Positions 47,058 through 55,979 of a stretch of 64,000 bases of DNA are shown here, piece after piece. Numbering within the stretch: position 1 is the first letter of the stretch; every line of letters begins with the position of its first letter. Where the stretch lies: the sequence record MZ622713.1. One strand, given 5' to 3'. The position numbers were made by a program, and so were the translations under genes. The notes below the pieces were generated by a model. The model ran no database searches. It was not told where the DNA came from and saw only the letters and a program-made list of their open reading frames with translations.

Positions 47058-47405
47058 ATGTCGATTGTCAGTGAACTACAAACTCCGTTCTTTAAGGAGT
47101 TGTATCAACACTTAAATAAACAAAACTATACGTTGGAGGATTTTGATGACCCTTATTTGTATCAGAACCTCCAACAGGAGTTAACGCGTGATCTATTCAA
47201 CATACTTAGACCATACGTTATGCCCCGTCCAGACATTCGGGCTAAGTATCAACATGCTGACCTAAGGGTTCATATCTTTATTACGCCACACGAAGTCCGC
47301 TACTGCGTTAAACCAGTGGTGTTAGACCTAGCGTGGGACTTAATGACTGAAACCTTGCCACAGCCTGAAGAGAACCCGATACCGTCGGACCAACTACCAT
47401 TTTAA
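47058..47405 (+). CDS. Hypothetical protein
   Basis: 115-aa ORF; weak RBS. Confidence 0.65.
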   Translation: MSIVSELQTPFFKELYQHLNKQNYTLEDFDDPYLYQNLQQELTRDLFNILRPYVMPRPDIRAKYQHADLRVHIFITPHEVRYCVKPVVLDLAWDLMTETLPQPEENPIPSDQLPF

Positions 47406-47416
47406 TAAACTTAAAT

Positions 47417-47448
47417 CTATGCTACGCGGGTAACACCGCGTAGCATAG
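47417..47448. terminator. 13-bp stem-loop (terminator-like or RNA-processing site)
   Basis: CTATGCTACGCGG-gtaaca-CCGCGTAGCATAG without a clear U-tract. Confidence 0.5.
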
Positions 47449-47473
47449 TGATTATAATTGCGAGGAGGGTAAT

Positions 47474-47776
47474 TTGAACGTACCTGCTATCTTAGGTGCT
47501 GCTTTCGGTACTGCTATTACTGGTTTTACTACCGAGGACACCAAGATGACTTTATTAGGTGCGGCCACGGGACTTATTACCGTGGGTATATTGGACTCTG
47601 TGAAAAGTGAGAGTGAAGCTCTTCCAAGTACCAGAGATTTTTGTACGTCAGCATGTGCTTCTATTTGGCCTGTATTGATCTATGAAAAACCTCAGGATTA
47701 CATCCCATATTACTTTGACGATGAAATTCCATTTGAAGGTGAGGATATCTTAGATATGCCTCTGACTTTTGAATAA
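47474..47776 (+). CDS. Small protein with N-terminal Gly-zipper-like segments and acidic tail
   Basis: TTG start with a strong GAGGAGG RBS; ILGAAFGTAITG and LLGAATGLITVG. Confidence 0.7.
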   Translation: MNVPAILGAAFGTAITGFTTEDTKMTLLGAATGLITVGILDSVKSESEALPSTRDFCTSACASIWPVLIYEKPQDYIPYYFDDEIPFEGEDILDMPLTFE

Positions 47777-47784
47777 CAATATTT

Positions 47785-47840
47785 AGTCCCTACCTCCCGT
47801 TAAGGAGGTAGGGACTGTCTTTACTTACTTATTTTTTTTG
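47785..47840. terminator. Terminator between convergent genes
   Basis: AGTCCCTACCTCC-cgttaa-GGAGGTAGGGACT followed by a T-rich tract. Confidence 0.8.
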
Positions 47841-47841
47841 T

Positions 47842-49380
47842 TTATGCATCGAAATCATCAAACTCATCGCCGTTAGCATCTAGCTGAACTTTAAACGAAC
47901 GACGACATTGGTTCTTACCATTAATGTCGTGAACCAAACCTTTGGTCGGGTCTAGGTCATAAATACCAAATCGATCACTCATAGGAGAACCTTCACCTCC
48001 TCGTGCTTTACCTAAGGACCAAGTGAAGTATGCTTTGTCACCGCCCGGTTTAGCAACGTGGAAAGTAAACTCGTAATCCACTTCGTTGGTAATCTTAGTT
48101 GAAGTCTCAGTCATGGACTTACCACCGACTTCACGAGCAAAGTAAAGTTCCGATTCATCATCGGCTTCACGGAGGTGTTTCTTCGCTTCTGGAGATAACT
48201 GGTGAGGTGTTACGAATGCAATACCACGGTTCACCATGAAAGCACGCGTTCGACGATATAAGTCTTGTAACTTATCACCTTTGGTTTCACCTGTCATACC
48301 TTTCAAGTCAGCCATCGCCAAATAGTCATAAGCATAGAAAATGACTTCATGACCTTTCATCTCCAACTTACGGATACGGTCCGTGATGTTGTAGTAGTTA
48401 TCTTCCGTTGGGTTAACACGGTTGATCTTTAACACCCAGCCGTTTTCTGAGAAGGCATCAATAATTACTTGAGCGATTTCAGCTGCTGGTGTAGTAGCGA
48501 AGTCACCTACCTCACCAGTCTTGTTGACCATGATCAGTTTGTAGATACGTTCGATGATAACATCCAAAGCATCTTCTGCTGAGTCTAACAACACCGTAGG
48601 AATGCGACTGCGGTCTCGTAACATTGGTTTGTTGTATAAACCTACCGAGGCAACCACATGCCCTAGACCAAACGATTTACCACGGTTGGTTAGGGCGTTG
48701 ATCAAATAGAACTTACCACGACGTAATCCACAGTCAGGCCATAAGGCACGGTTCATACCTTGTAGACCTAATTTAAGAACACCCTCAGCGGAGGATTCTT
48801 CTTTAGCACGTTCGATGATCTTAGTAAACGAATCAGGGTCGTCAGTATCAACCGACTCAACTAAGGACGGGTCGGTATCACCCATCATTTTCTCAGTGAG
48901 TTTCTCTTCGATCATGTCCGCTAATGCAGCCCACTTATCTTTGGTCATTTTAGATGGGTCACCAAAGAACGGTTCTTTAATGGCTTCTTTAAAGTCCAAT
49001 CCGAACTTTTCATCAGCACGTGCTTTACGGATTTCTTTGATGTGTTGATAGATAACCTGACGAGTGCGTTCTTCTGACGGGTAATCCTCTAGGCCGTATT
49101 CAATGCTGCTTTTAAGTTCTGGAGCTTCTTTAGAGAAATCTAGGACGCGCTGCATAAGGTTTGATTTTATGACCGGTTCGTCTTTTGGCTGGTCCAGAAC
49201 CCAATTAATGGTGTCCCTGATTGAGACCTCTATCTTTTTGTCTTGGGTAAATACATCGCCCTTTGCTTCTGGTATGAGCGCTAAGGTATCGAGTAATTCT
49301 TGAGTCAAGGATTCGTCGGTCAGCTTACTCGCTTGATAGAGTGACGTTAGTATCTTGACTAATTGTAACAGCGGACTCAT
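47842..49380 (-). CDS. dnaB: DnaB-like replicative helicase (phiKZ gp118-like)
   Basis: GLRRGKFYLINALTNRGKS (Walker A), YAYDYL (Walker B), VTPHQL, and KARGG (arginine-finger region); sits divergently upstream of the capsid gene. Confidence 0.88.
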   Translation of the reverse strand: MSPLLQLVKILTSLYQASKLTDESLTQELLDTLALIPEAKGDVFTQDKKIEVSIRDTINWVLDQPKDEPVIKSNLMQRVLDFSKEAPELKSSIEYGLEDYPSEERTRQVIYQHIKEIRKARADEKFGLDFKEAIKEPFFGDPSKMTKDKWAALADMIEEKLTEKMMGDTDPSLVESVDTDDPDSFTKIIERAKEESSAEGVLKLGLQGMNRALWPDCGLRRGKFYLINALTNRGKSFGLGHVVASVGLYNKPMLRDRSRIPTVLLDSAEDALDVIIERIYKLIMVNKTGEVGDFATTPAAEIAQVIIDAFSENGWVLKINRVNPTEDNYYNITDRIRKLEMKGHEVIFYAYDYLAMADLKGMTGETKGDKLQDLYRRTRAFMVNRGIAFVTPHQLSPEAKKHLREADDESELYFAREVGGKSMTETSTKITNEVDYEFTFHVAKPGGDKAYFTWSLGKARGGEGSPMSDRFGIYDLDPTKGLVHDINGKNQCRRSFKVQLDANGDEFDDFDA

Positions 49381-49425
49381 AAATGCTCCAATTTAATGTA
49401 TATCTTTAAAGGTTAAAGGTTGAAT

Positions 49426-49992
49426 ATGAAATTTGTGAATAGTGGTCTGTCCGCACCTCAAAAAGTTTGGGTGTTAACCGACCAACAGTTGTTAAGTTTG
49501 GATGCGTCAGGTATAGGATTTGATCAACTGTCTAAACTTCCTAAGCTGTTAGAGCGTGTACCTGAACAAGACGTAATCGACATTGCACTGACTCAATACC
49601 GAGTAGGCATGAAGTTGGGAGTTAAGGTCGAAAACGTGTTCGAACAATTTAATGATGACTATAAAGATATCCTGCTCAGTAAAATTAAAACTGAACAAGA
49701 CCGTCTTTCTAAGGTGGAACATTTAACAGAATTGAAGAACTACAGTAAATTCTATGTACACAACACTAATGATTTGTTGGTGATGGTCATCACAGGTGCT
49801 GAAGTACCTATTAATTATATTAGTGAACTATGTGCTTCGTTCACTGAGCTACATGTGCATTCATTTACCGAAGCCATGTTGAAAGCGCTGTACCAAACTT
49901 ACGGTTACACTTACCTTCATCATAAAGAGTGTTGTCGTGAATTGGTAGGCGAAGAGTTCAACCTAGCTAAGGTTTATCAGGCATTGGTCTAG
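49426..49992 (+). CDS. Conserved protein upstream of the capsid gene (phiKZ gp119-like position)
   Basis: AAAGGT RBS 5 nt before the ATG at 49426; gene order. Confidence 0.6.
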   Translation: MKFVNSGLSAPQKVWVLTDQQLLSLDASGIGFDQLSKLPKLLERVPEQDVIDIALTQYRVGMKLGVKVENVFEQFNDDYKDILLSKIKTEQDRLSKVEHLTELKNYSKFYVHNTNDLLVMVITGAEVPINYISELCASFTELHVHSFTEAMLKALYQTYGYTYLHHKECCRELVGEEFNLAKVYQALV

Positions 49993-50000
49993 TGTGTTGT

Positions 50001-50015
50001 AACATTCTATGTGCA
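50001..50015 (+). promoter_or_regulatory. Putative late promoter (TATG type) for the capsid gene
   Basis: AACATTCTATGTGCA; near-identical copy at 30245. Confidence 0.55.
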
Positions 50016-50092
50016 ACAGAAAAAGCACAAACAAATATTTGTTTATGTTTATCCTTAAAATTAATACATTTTTTCGATAAAGGAAAAGAGTA

Positions 50093-52288
50093 ATGAAAAG
50101 AAATATCGTAGCTCAGCTGACTCCTAGCGCTGCTGGCATCTACACAGGCATCAAAGCAGGTCTAAACGCTGGCTCGTTCTCAGCTATCGCTGGTGTTGAA
50201 TCTTTCGCTACTGCGGAAAACCACCTAAACAGCATCGCTGGTAATGAATCGCTAATTTCTGGTTCAGCAGGTCAGCGTCTTGCTTCTCTAACTGGCGAAC
50301 AAAAGTTCAGCGTAGTTAGTGCTATCCAACGCGCTCTAGAAGGCGGTTCTGTTTCTGGCATGGAAAGCCTTATCCGTGAAGAAGAACGTGTTGCTGGTCT
50401 AGAAGGTTTCTCTTGGGCACAGTCTCCGGGTAACTCTGTAACTGCTAAAGCGGCATCGATCACTCTTAACGCGCTTGCACACCGTCAAACTGACGCAGCT
50501 GAAGCGATGTTCAAAACTGTATCTGTTGCTTATGAAGCGGAACAACTTGAGTACACAGTACGTACTTCAGGTCTAGGTCGCTACATCTTCGGTGCTTCTG
50601 CATACGACTCAGCGTCTCAACTACAACCTGTTACTAGCTTGCTACGTAAGTCTAAGTACTTCCTAGACGACACGCTAGAGCTAACTCCGGTTTACCCAGC
50701 GGCTTCTGACTCACCAGCGCGTGCTCTATTCGTAGACGCAGCAGATTTCACTCCTTGGGAGAAATCTTACTCAAACGCTGACTCACTACGTCGTACAAGC
50801 CACCTAACTTCTTTCCTAAAGACTGGTAAGTCAATCACTAACCTACTAGGTCTTTCTGAAGTACCGGGACAAACTCCTTTCGATAACTCTACTGACGAGA
50901 TCGAAGCGAACTCTATCACTGTACAGAAAGTTCTGTTCAAAGTAACTATCGGCGGCACTGAGCACGTACTAGTTGTTCCTACTAACAACTTTACTAACTC
51001 TTCTTTCGGTGTTACATCTAACGGCCACAGCTCTGACGACCGTCTACTAAACATGGTAGCACGTGCTCTTCCTGTTACTGTATTCGAAGCTAAAGACGGT
51101 ACTCCAACTACTGCATTCGATCCAGTACAAGCTGGCGGCGCTAAAGCTTACTTCAGCTTCACTCTTGGTGGTACTTACAACCGTCAAACTAACACTATTT
51201 CGACTAACACGTCTGATCTAAACATCGACTACATCGAGCTAGATGGTGTTAAGCACAACCAAGCTACGAAGTCTACAGCGGTTAAAGCTCTATTCAGCAA
51301 GTTCGAAGACGGCCAAGTAATCGGCTGGCTACCAACTTACAACCACAACAACGTTAACCGTACTAACTTCGGTTACCGCGTTGAAGTGTTCGATGCACAC
51401 AAAGTGATGAACGTTCGTCGCGAAACTCCTATCTCTGTGAAATACCCAGTTGATAAGAACGACGTGAACGAAGAGTCTCTAAGCTTCGCTATCGAAGAGA
51501 TGAATACAATCCTACAAGCGCAAACTACAGCTAAAGCTTACCAAGCTGCTGAAGGTCACATTGCACGCGTAGCATCTCTACACGGTCACGCGATCGTTGG
51601 TAACGAACAGTCTGCTTCTGTAATGGCTGGTATGCACTTCGTTAACGCTTCTTACCTAAACCGTAAGATGAAGCTAGCGGACGCTGTATCTGCTCTTGAC
51701 TCGATCACTGTTCTAGAAGCAGTAGAGAAGACACTAACTATGAACATCACAGAACTTTGTGCTGCTCTAAGTACTGTGTCTGGTCTAGCGGCTATCTCTG
51801 AATACCGTCGCATCGAGAAGAAATGGGTAATCGTTGGTCACCAAAACTTGGCTCGTTACATGATCCGTCAAGGTGACGCTCGCACTATCGGTGCTGGTAT
51901 CTCGTTCCAAGCGATCGAGTCTAACCTAGACGAAATGATCGGCAAGTTCTACATCTTCCCAGAGTCTGACACTAACGGCGAAAACATCGACGTTATCGGT
52001 GGTATGGGTGTAATGGTTTCTAAAGAGCACCAAGTTGTTCAAGCGAACCTAACTCGTAACAACGCGGACTTCGGTATCGTGATCACTCAACCAGCGTACA
52101 AACACCACTCTGTGTGTCCAATCGTTGGCGTGCTTGAAATCGAAGATGCTGCACAAGCAGTGAGCGAAGAAGGCCTAATCCGTTACCTAACTCAACAACG
52201 TGTTAAGATCGTTAACGCAGATGAGTTCCCAGCAGGTGGCGGTGAAACTGTAACAACATCTGATGCTGATGCAGGTAAGTTGCCATAG
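50093..52288 (+). CDS. Major capsid protein precursor (phiKZ gp120-like)
   Basis: 731 aa with extreme high-expression codon bias; propeptide with AGVE, AGNE, SGME and AGLE|GFS; lies between DnaB and the nvRNAP beta-N gene. Confidence 0.88.
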   Translation: MKRNIVAQLTPSAAGIYTGIKAGLNAGSFSAIAGVESFATAENHLNSIAGNESLISGSAGQRLASLTGEQKFSVVSAIQRALEGGSVSGMESLIREEERVAGLEGFSWAQSPGNSVTAKAASITLNALAHRQTDAAEAMFKTVSVAYEAEQLEYTVRTSGLGRYIFGASAYDSASQLQPVTSLLRKSKYFLDDTLELTPVYPAASDSPARALFVDAADFTPWEKSYSNADSLRRTSHLTSFLKTGKSITNLLGLSEVPGQTPFDNSTDEIEANSITVQKVLFKVTIGGTEHVLVVPTNNFTNSSFGVTSNGHSSDDRLLNMVARALPVTVFEAKDGTPTTAFDPVQAGGAKAYFSFTLGGTYNRQTNTISTNTSDLNIDYIELDGVKHNQATKSTAVKALFSKFEDGQVIGWLPTYNHNNVNRTNFGYRVEVFDAHKVMNVRRETPISVKYPVDKNDVNEESLSFAIEEMNTILQAQTTAKAYQAAEGHIARVASLHGHAIVGNEQSASVMAGMHFVNASYLNRKMKLADAVSALDSITVLEAVEKTLTMNITELCAALSTVSGLAAISEYRRIEKKWVIVGHQNLARYMIRQGDARTIGAGISFQAIESNLDEMIGKFYIFPESDTNGENIDVIGGMGVMVSKEHQVVQANLTRNNADFGIVITQPAYKHHSVCPIVGVLEIEDAAQAVSEEGLIRYLTQQRVKIVNADEFPAGGGETVTTSDADAGKLP

Positions 52289-52319
52289 AGCGATCTAGTT
52301 AACTAGACCGTTAACAAAC

Positions 52320-52364
52320 TAAACTCCCTCCTACCCGAAGGTAGGAGGGAGTTTACTGCTTTTT
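52320..52364 (+). terminator. Strong Rho-independent terminator after the capsid gene
   Basis: TAAACTCCCTCCTACC-cgaa-GGTAGGAGGGAGTTTA followed by a T-tract. Confidence 0.85.
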
Positions 52365-52376
52365 ACTTAAAACTGA

Positions 52377-52401
52377 TTTGAAACCTATATAGCCCACAGG
52401 T
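52377..52401 (+). promoter_or_regulatory. Putative early promoter
   Basis: TTTGAAACCTATATAGCCCACAGGT. Confidence 0.65.
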
Positions 52402-52423
52402 ATCTTAATAAAAGGATTATTCC

Positions 52424-53035
52424 ATGAAAGAGTTAATTGAAAAATACCAACGTTTAGTGATTTATAGACAATCATTGATTATGTTAATAGCGGCTCCTGT
52501 TCCAGCAGCGATGATTAAGTTGCAAGGGGAGTTGTTGAATGAACAAACTATCGCATTGATAATAATACTGGGTAATTTGTTTTCGATGTGTGGAACTCAG
52601 TTAAATAAACTAAGTACTAAATTGTTGTTCATAGGTGGTAATGTGATTAGTGTGATTGCTGTACTAGGGATAGTGATGATGTATTTAGGGGAAATAGGGA
52701 ATAGTGTTATAGTGGTCTATTTTCCGATAGTGTCTTGTATGGGTTTCTTATTAGTTGGATTAGCATCAGGTCAAGTGAATGATGCAATGAAAAATAAGTA
52801 TAAAGAAGAATTTGATATAAGTCACTATAATGCTAAGAAAGCGTCATTTGCAAGTGCAGCTATGGTGATGGGTCAAGGAATTGCTTTGGTGTTTTATAAC
52901 TTAGTGGATGTGGATCCAATTATGGTTTTGTTGTTTTTAGAAACTGTGAATTGTGTTTTGTATCTGATTGCTGAGATAAACAGGTGGGGTTTAATTAAAG
53001 AGATGGAATTAGAATTAAAAGAAAGTAGAATATAA
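52424..53035 (+). CDS. Multi-pass membrane protein, about 6 TM helices, resembling half of an MFS transporter
   Basis: Six hydrophobic segments by eye; very C-poor atypical composition; own promoter and terminator. Confidence 0.7.
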   Translation: MKELIEKYQRLVIYRQSLIMLIAAPVPAAMIKLQGELLNEQTIALIIILGNLFSMCGTQLNKLSTKLLFIGGNVISVIAVLGIVMMYLGEIGNSVIVVYFPIVSCMGFLLVGLASGQVNDAMKNKYKEEFDISHYNAKKASFASAAMVMGQGIALVFYNLVDVDPIMVLLFLETVNCVLYLIAEINRWGLIKEMELELKESRI

Positions 53036-53072
53036 GTGAGGGACTTCGGTCCCTTATTTTTTTTATTTTTTT
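53036..53072 (+). terminator. Rho-independent terminator
   Basis: GTGAGGGAC-ttcg-GTCCCTTAT followed by a long T-tract. Confidence 0.8.
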
Positions 53073-53095
53073 TATCGGTTAAAGACATTAAAATA

Positions 53096-53113
53096 TTTGA
53101 AATCTATATTATC
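53096..53113 (+). promoter_or_regulatory. Putative early promoter for the operon containing nvRNAP beta-N
   Basis: TTTGAAATCTATATTATC. Confidence 0.65.
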
Positions 53114-53190
53114 TTCATGATGCATGACGATGTGTCGTTTTAATTACTTAATTAAGTTTGTTGTAAATTAACCTCATGAGGAATTATATT

Positions 53191-54261
53191 ATGTCTGTAA
53201 AGATACCTTCTAACTTTCTTGAACGTCCGCATTTTTATAATACGGACCGTCCACCGCATAGAGAGTTTTTAAACGTTGAGGTGCTCAACTACACAACCGA
53301 AGACCTACATGTCAAGCGTGGTGCGTATAACACAATTATGCAACCACTATCGATCATGGACGAGCCTCGTTGTTGTGTGGTGTTAGTACTGAACTATTCA
53401 TTCAACTTTGAAAACACACCTGCTTTCCTTGAACCGGAGACGCCATTGGATTTGTACATGATGTACAAAATCAGGGAATCATACCGTAACAAGACGGAAG
53501 AGGAACTCATTGCATACGGTGGGCAAATCAATGGGCGATTGGAGATCGGGATTTCCCGTTCTAACTTAGGTGAATATATTGGAAACGATGGTGGTGTCCA
53601 CTCTCGGCTTTTAGGTATATCCATGTATCCATTCCAAGAACATGAAAAGGCGTTTGTTAAGGAACCTTGTCCGTTTTACTCTAAGGTCTCATTTGACCCA
53701 ACAGGAAAACGGTTAAGTCGCAGTTCTCCGACACAAATCCTTTACGAGTATGTAAATAACACTAACCCGGATACGGCGCTCTACGCACCTGTAAATGGGC
53801 AGGTGATCAAGCTCGTACCTAAGCAAGACCCAACTCAAGAAGATGGTTTAAAAATCACAGTAACGTCTATATTAGGCAAGAAAGAGACTTTCTCTCCATT
53901 ACCTAATCCGGCGGAAGACCGTGATAAATTCTTTAAAGCCCTCGAAGACTGTAATCTACATTTAACATCTTCAGAAGCTTTAGAATCCATCAATAGTAAA
54001 TCTTTACAGCATGCCACATCTATGGTGTCCTCACTGCAAAAAGAAGTGAAGGCGCTACAGAAGGAAACCCTTACACTGAGGGAAGCACATGGTAAGCTTA
54101 AAGAAACTAATAGCAAGCAGCAACTCAAAAGCGAGCAAAACTCAATTTGGAGTAAAATGTTTGAGTCGGTCATCAAAGTACCGTTCAATCTAATTGCCCA
54201 CTTGCTAGAAGCTAAGTTAACTCAGGTTCTTTTGCCTAAGTTGATGTCAGCTGTTTTGTAA
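53191..54261 (+). CDS. Conserved hypothetical protein with C-terminal coiled coil (phiKZ gp122-like position)
   Basis: GAGGA RBS favours the ATG at 53191 over 53176. Confidence 0.7.
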   Translation: MSVKIPSNFLERPHFYNTDRPPHREFLNVEVLNYTTEDLHVKRGAYNTIMQPLSIMDEPRCCVVLVLNYSFNFENTPAFLEPETPLDLYMMYKIRESYRNKTEEELIAYGGQINGRLEIGISRSNLGEYIGNDGGVHSRLLGISMYPFQEHEKAFVKEPCPFYSKVSFDPTGKRLSRSSPTQILYEYVNNTNPDTALYAPVNGQVIKLVPKQDPTQEDGLKITVTSILGKKETFSPLPNPAEDRDKFFKALEDCNLHLTSSEALESINSKSLQHATSMVSSLQKEVKALQKETLTLREAHGKLKETNSKQQLKSEQNSIWSKMFESVIKVPFNLIAHLLEAKLTQVLLPKLMSAVL

Positions 54262-54305
54262 TCTTATCCGTGTGTTACCTCGTACAATAATAAGAGGAAA
54301 CACAA

Positions 54306-55979
54306 ATGGACCCGAGGTTACTAGATGCTATCGACGCAACGATGCCCCGTATGAATACGGAGCTAACCAAAGGATTCCATGCACGTCAGTTCGAAGATAT
54401 CGAAAAGTGGTACGAACGGCAACTACGCATGATCCTTAAGTCGTTAGAATCAAAAGGGGTGAAATTTCACGGGCTAAAACCCGTACGCCCTGATGAGATG
54501 TTCAAACACATCAGCGAGACAACTCAAAATAAAACCTTTGAGACCAATAGAGAATCTCTTTACCCAACGCGGTTAGATATTACCTACACCGATAATCAAG
54601 GTGTGGAACGTACCTTTCCTAACATCTACGTCATGCTCCCTTTTACAGACGAGTATGGCGATATGTATTTGCGTGATTCTTTATATTCTTTACAAATTGT
54701 TCTCGCCGACCGAGGTCTAAGTGTTACTAAGGATGAACAAATCTTTGTTAGAATTCTTGGTTACAAGTTCAAGATAGGCACGGAAAACATCGGTTTCGAC
54801 CGACTGTACCCGAGCTTAAATGGCAACCGTACTGCACGCATGCAGCTTAACTTACCAGCTAACCGCTTCTATACGCCAAAAGAAGCATGGAGAGTTAACC
54901 CGAAGAAAGTACCTGAGCCTTTATTAGCTTGGTATATGTTCGCGGAATACGGTGTAACCAAAACGATGGAAAAATATGGTGAATGCGAAATTGCCGTAGG
55001 GGATAGTGAGGTCATTAGTGGCACCTACCCTGAAAGTGAAGGTTGGGAGATCTACGCAAATAGTGGTCGACGTTCAGAAAGACAGTTGACGAAGACTTCT
55101 ATTTTCAACTCCTTTGCGATTGCGGTTCGTCCGTTGAATCGTAAACGGGGAGAGATTCCAACAGTGGCATTACAATACGTAGCAAGTTTAATATTCTTGT
55201 TTGATTGCGGTTCCACGCTAGTCGATCTCGATCGATTAGATGACCGAATGTTCTGGCGTTTGATTATTGGTATGTCGTCTATGTCATCACGTGGTGGTGC
55301 AGACAACATTCTACGTCAAATGAAAGACCATTTTCAAAGCATCTATGAATACATGGATGAGAGTTCAATCAAGCGCTTTGCAGCGCAACGGATTGTCGTG
55401 AATGATATGTTCGATTTGTTCAACTACATCATCGCGAACCGCACTGAAATCGTTAAAACTGTCGACCGAGCTGATATGCTTCACAAAGAAGTTTGTTCAT
55501 TAGAATACACGATGGATCGTCTCATCGTTCGAGCTAATCGTTTTAAACACGATATTAAGAATATCACTGATCTGAACACGAGCAAGGTAGGTCACACTAT
55601 CGTACGTTGGTTTGGTCTAAGAGATATAGAACCCGCAGCCCGAGAATCAAACCTGATACAAGAATCAACACCAACAGACTGCCCATTAGCAGATTATGTT
55701 CTAGGTGTCATGACTCAAGCTAAGGTCTGTTCCACTCGTGGTAGCAAACGTGCTGGCTTTAACGTCGGCGACCCGGCTAATGGTATCCACGCATCATTGC
55801 CGTTCACTATGTCTCCTGAGCGCATTACTAAACCGGATCCAGATGGACGGGGCTATTTAAGCCCTACTGTACATTTGAACCTGTCTAACTGTATTGTGCT
55901 TGATCCAAAACTCCGCGATTTGTATAACGCCACAGCCGCTCGTTTGACGACACGTCAGCCGAGAGACAACCAAAAATGA
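54306..55979 (+). CDS. rpoB: Non-virion RNA polymerase beta subunit, N-terminal part (phiKZ gp123-like)
   Basis: IYVMLPF...GDMYLRDSLYSLQIVL resembles RpoB beta-a1 (P...G.F.I.G.....Q); size and position downstream of the capsid gene agree. Confidence 0.75.
   Translation: MDPRLLDAIDATMPRMNTELTKGFHARQFEDIEKWYERQLRMILKSLESKGVKFHGLKPVRPDEMFKHISETTQNKTFETNRESLYPTRLDITYTDNQGVERTFPNIYVMLPFTDEYGDMYLRDSLYSLQIVLADRGLSVTKDEQIFVRILGYKFKIGTENIGFDRLYPSLNGNRTARMQLNLPANRFYTPKEAWRVNPKKVPEPLLAWYMFAEYGVTKTMEKYGECEIAVGDSEVISGTYPESEGWEIYANSGRRSERQLTKTSIFNSFAIAVRPLNRKRGEIPTVALQYVASLIFLFDCGSTLVDLDRLDDRMFWRLIIGMSSMSSRGGADNILRQMKDHFQSIYEYMDESSIKRFAAQRIVVNDMFDLFNYIIANRTEIVKTVDRADMLHKEVCSLEYTMDRLIVRANRFKHDIKNITDLNTSKVGHTIVRWFGLRDIEPAARESNLIQESTPTDCPLADYVLGVMTQAKVCSTRGSKRAGFNVGDPANGIHASLPFTMSPERITKPDPDGRGYLSPTVHLNLSNCIVLDPKLRDLYNATAARLTTRQPRDNQK

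Noticed and set aside
3280-52288. Stop-codon reassignment (alternative genetic code)
   Set aside because: Core genes are intact under the standard code, and TAG ends genes such as beta'-C (3280-82) and the capsid gene right before an RBS or terminator.
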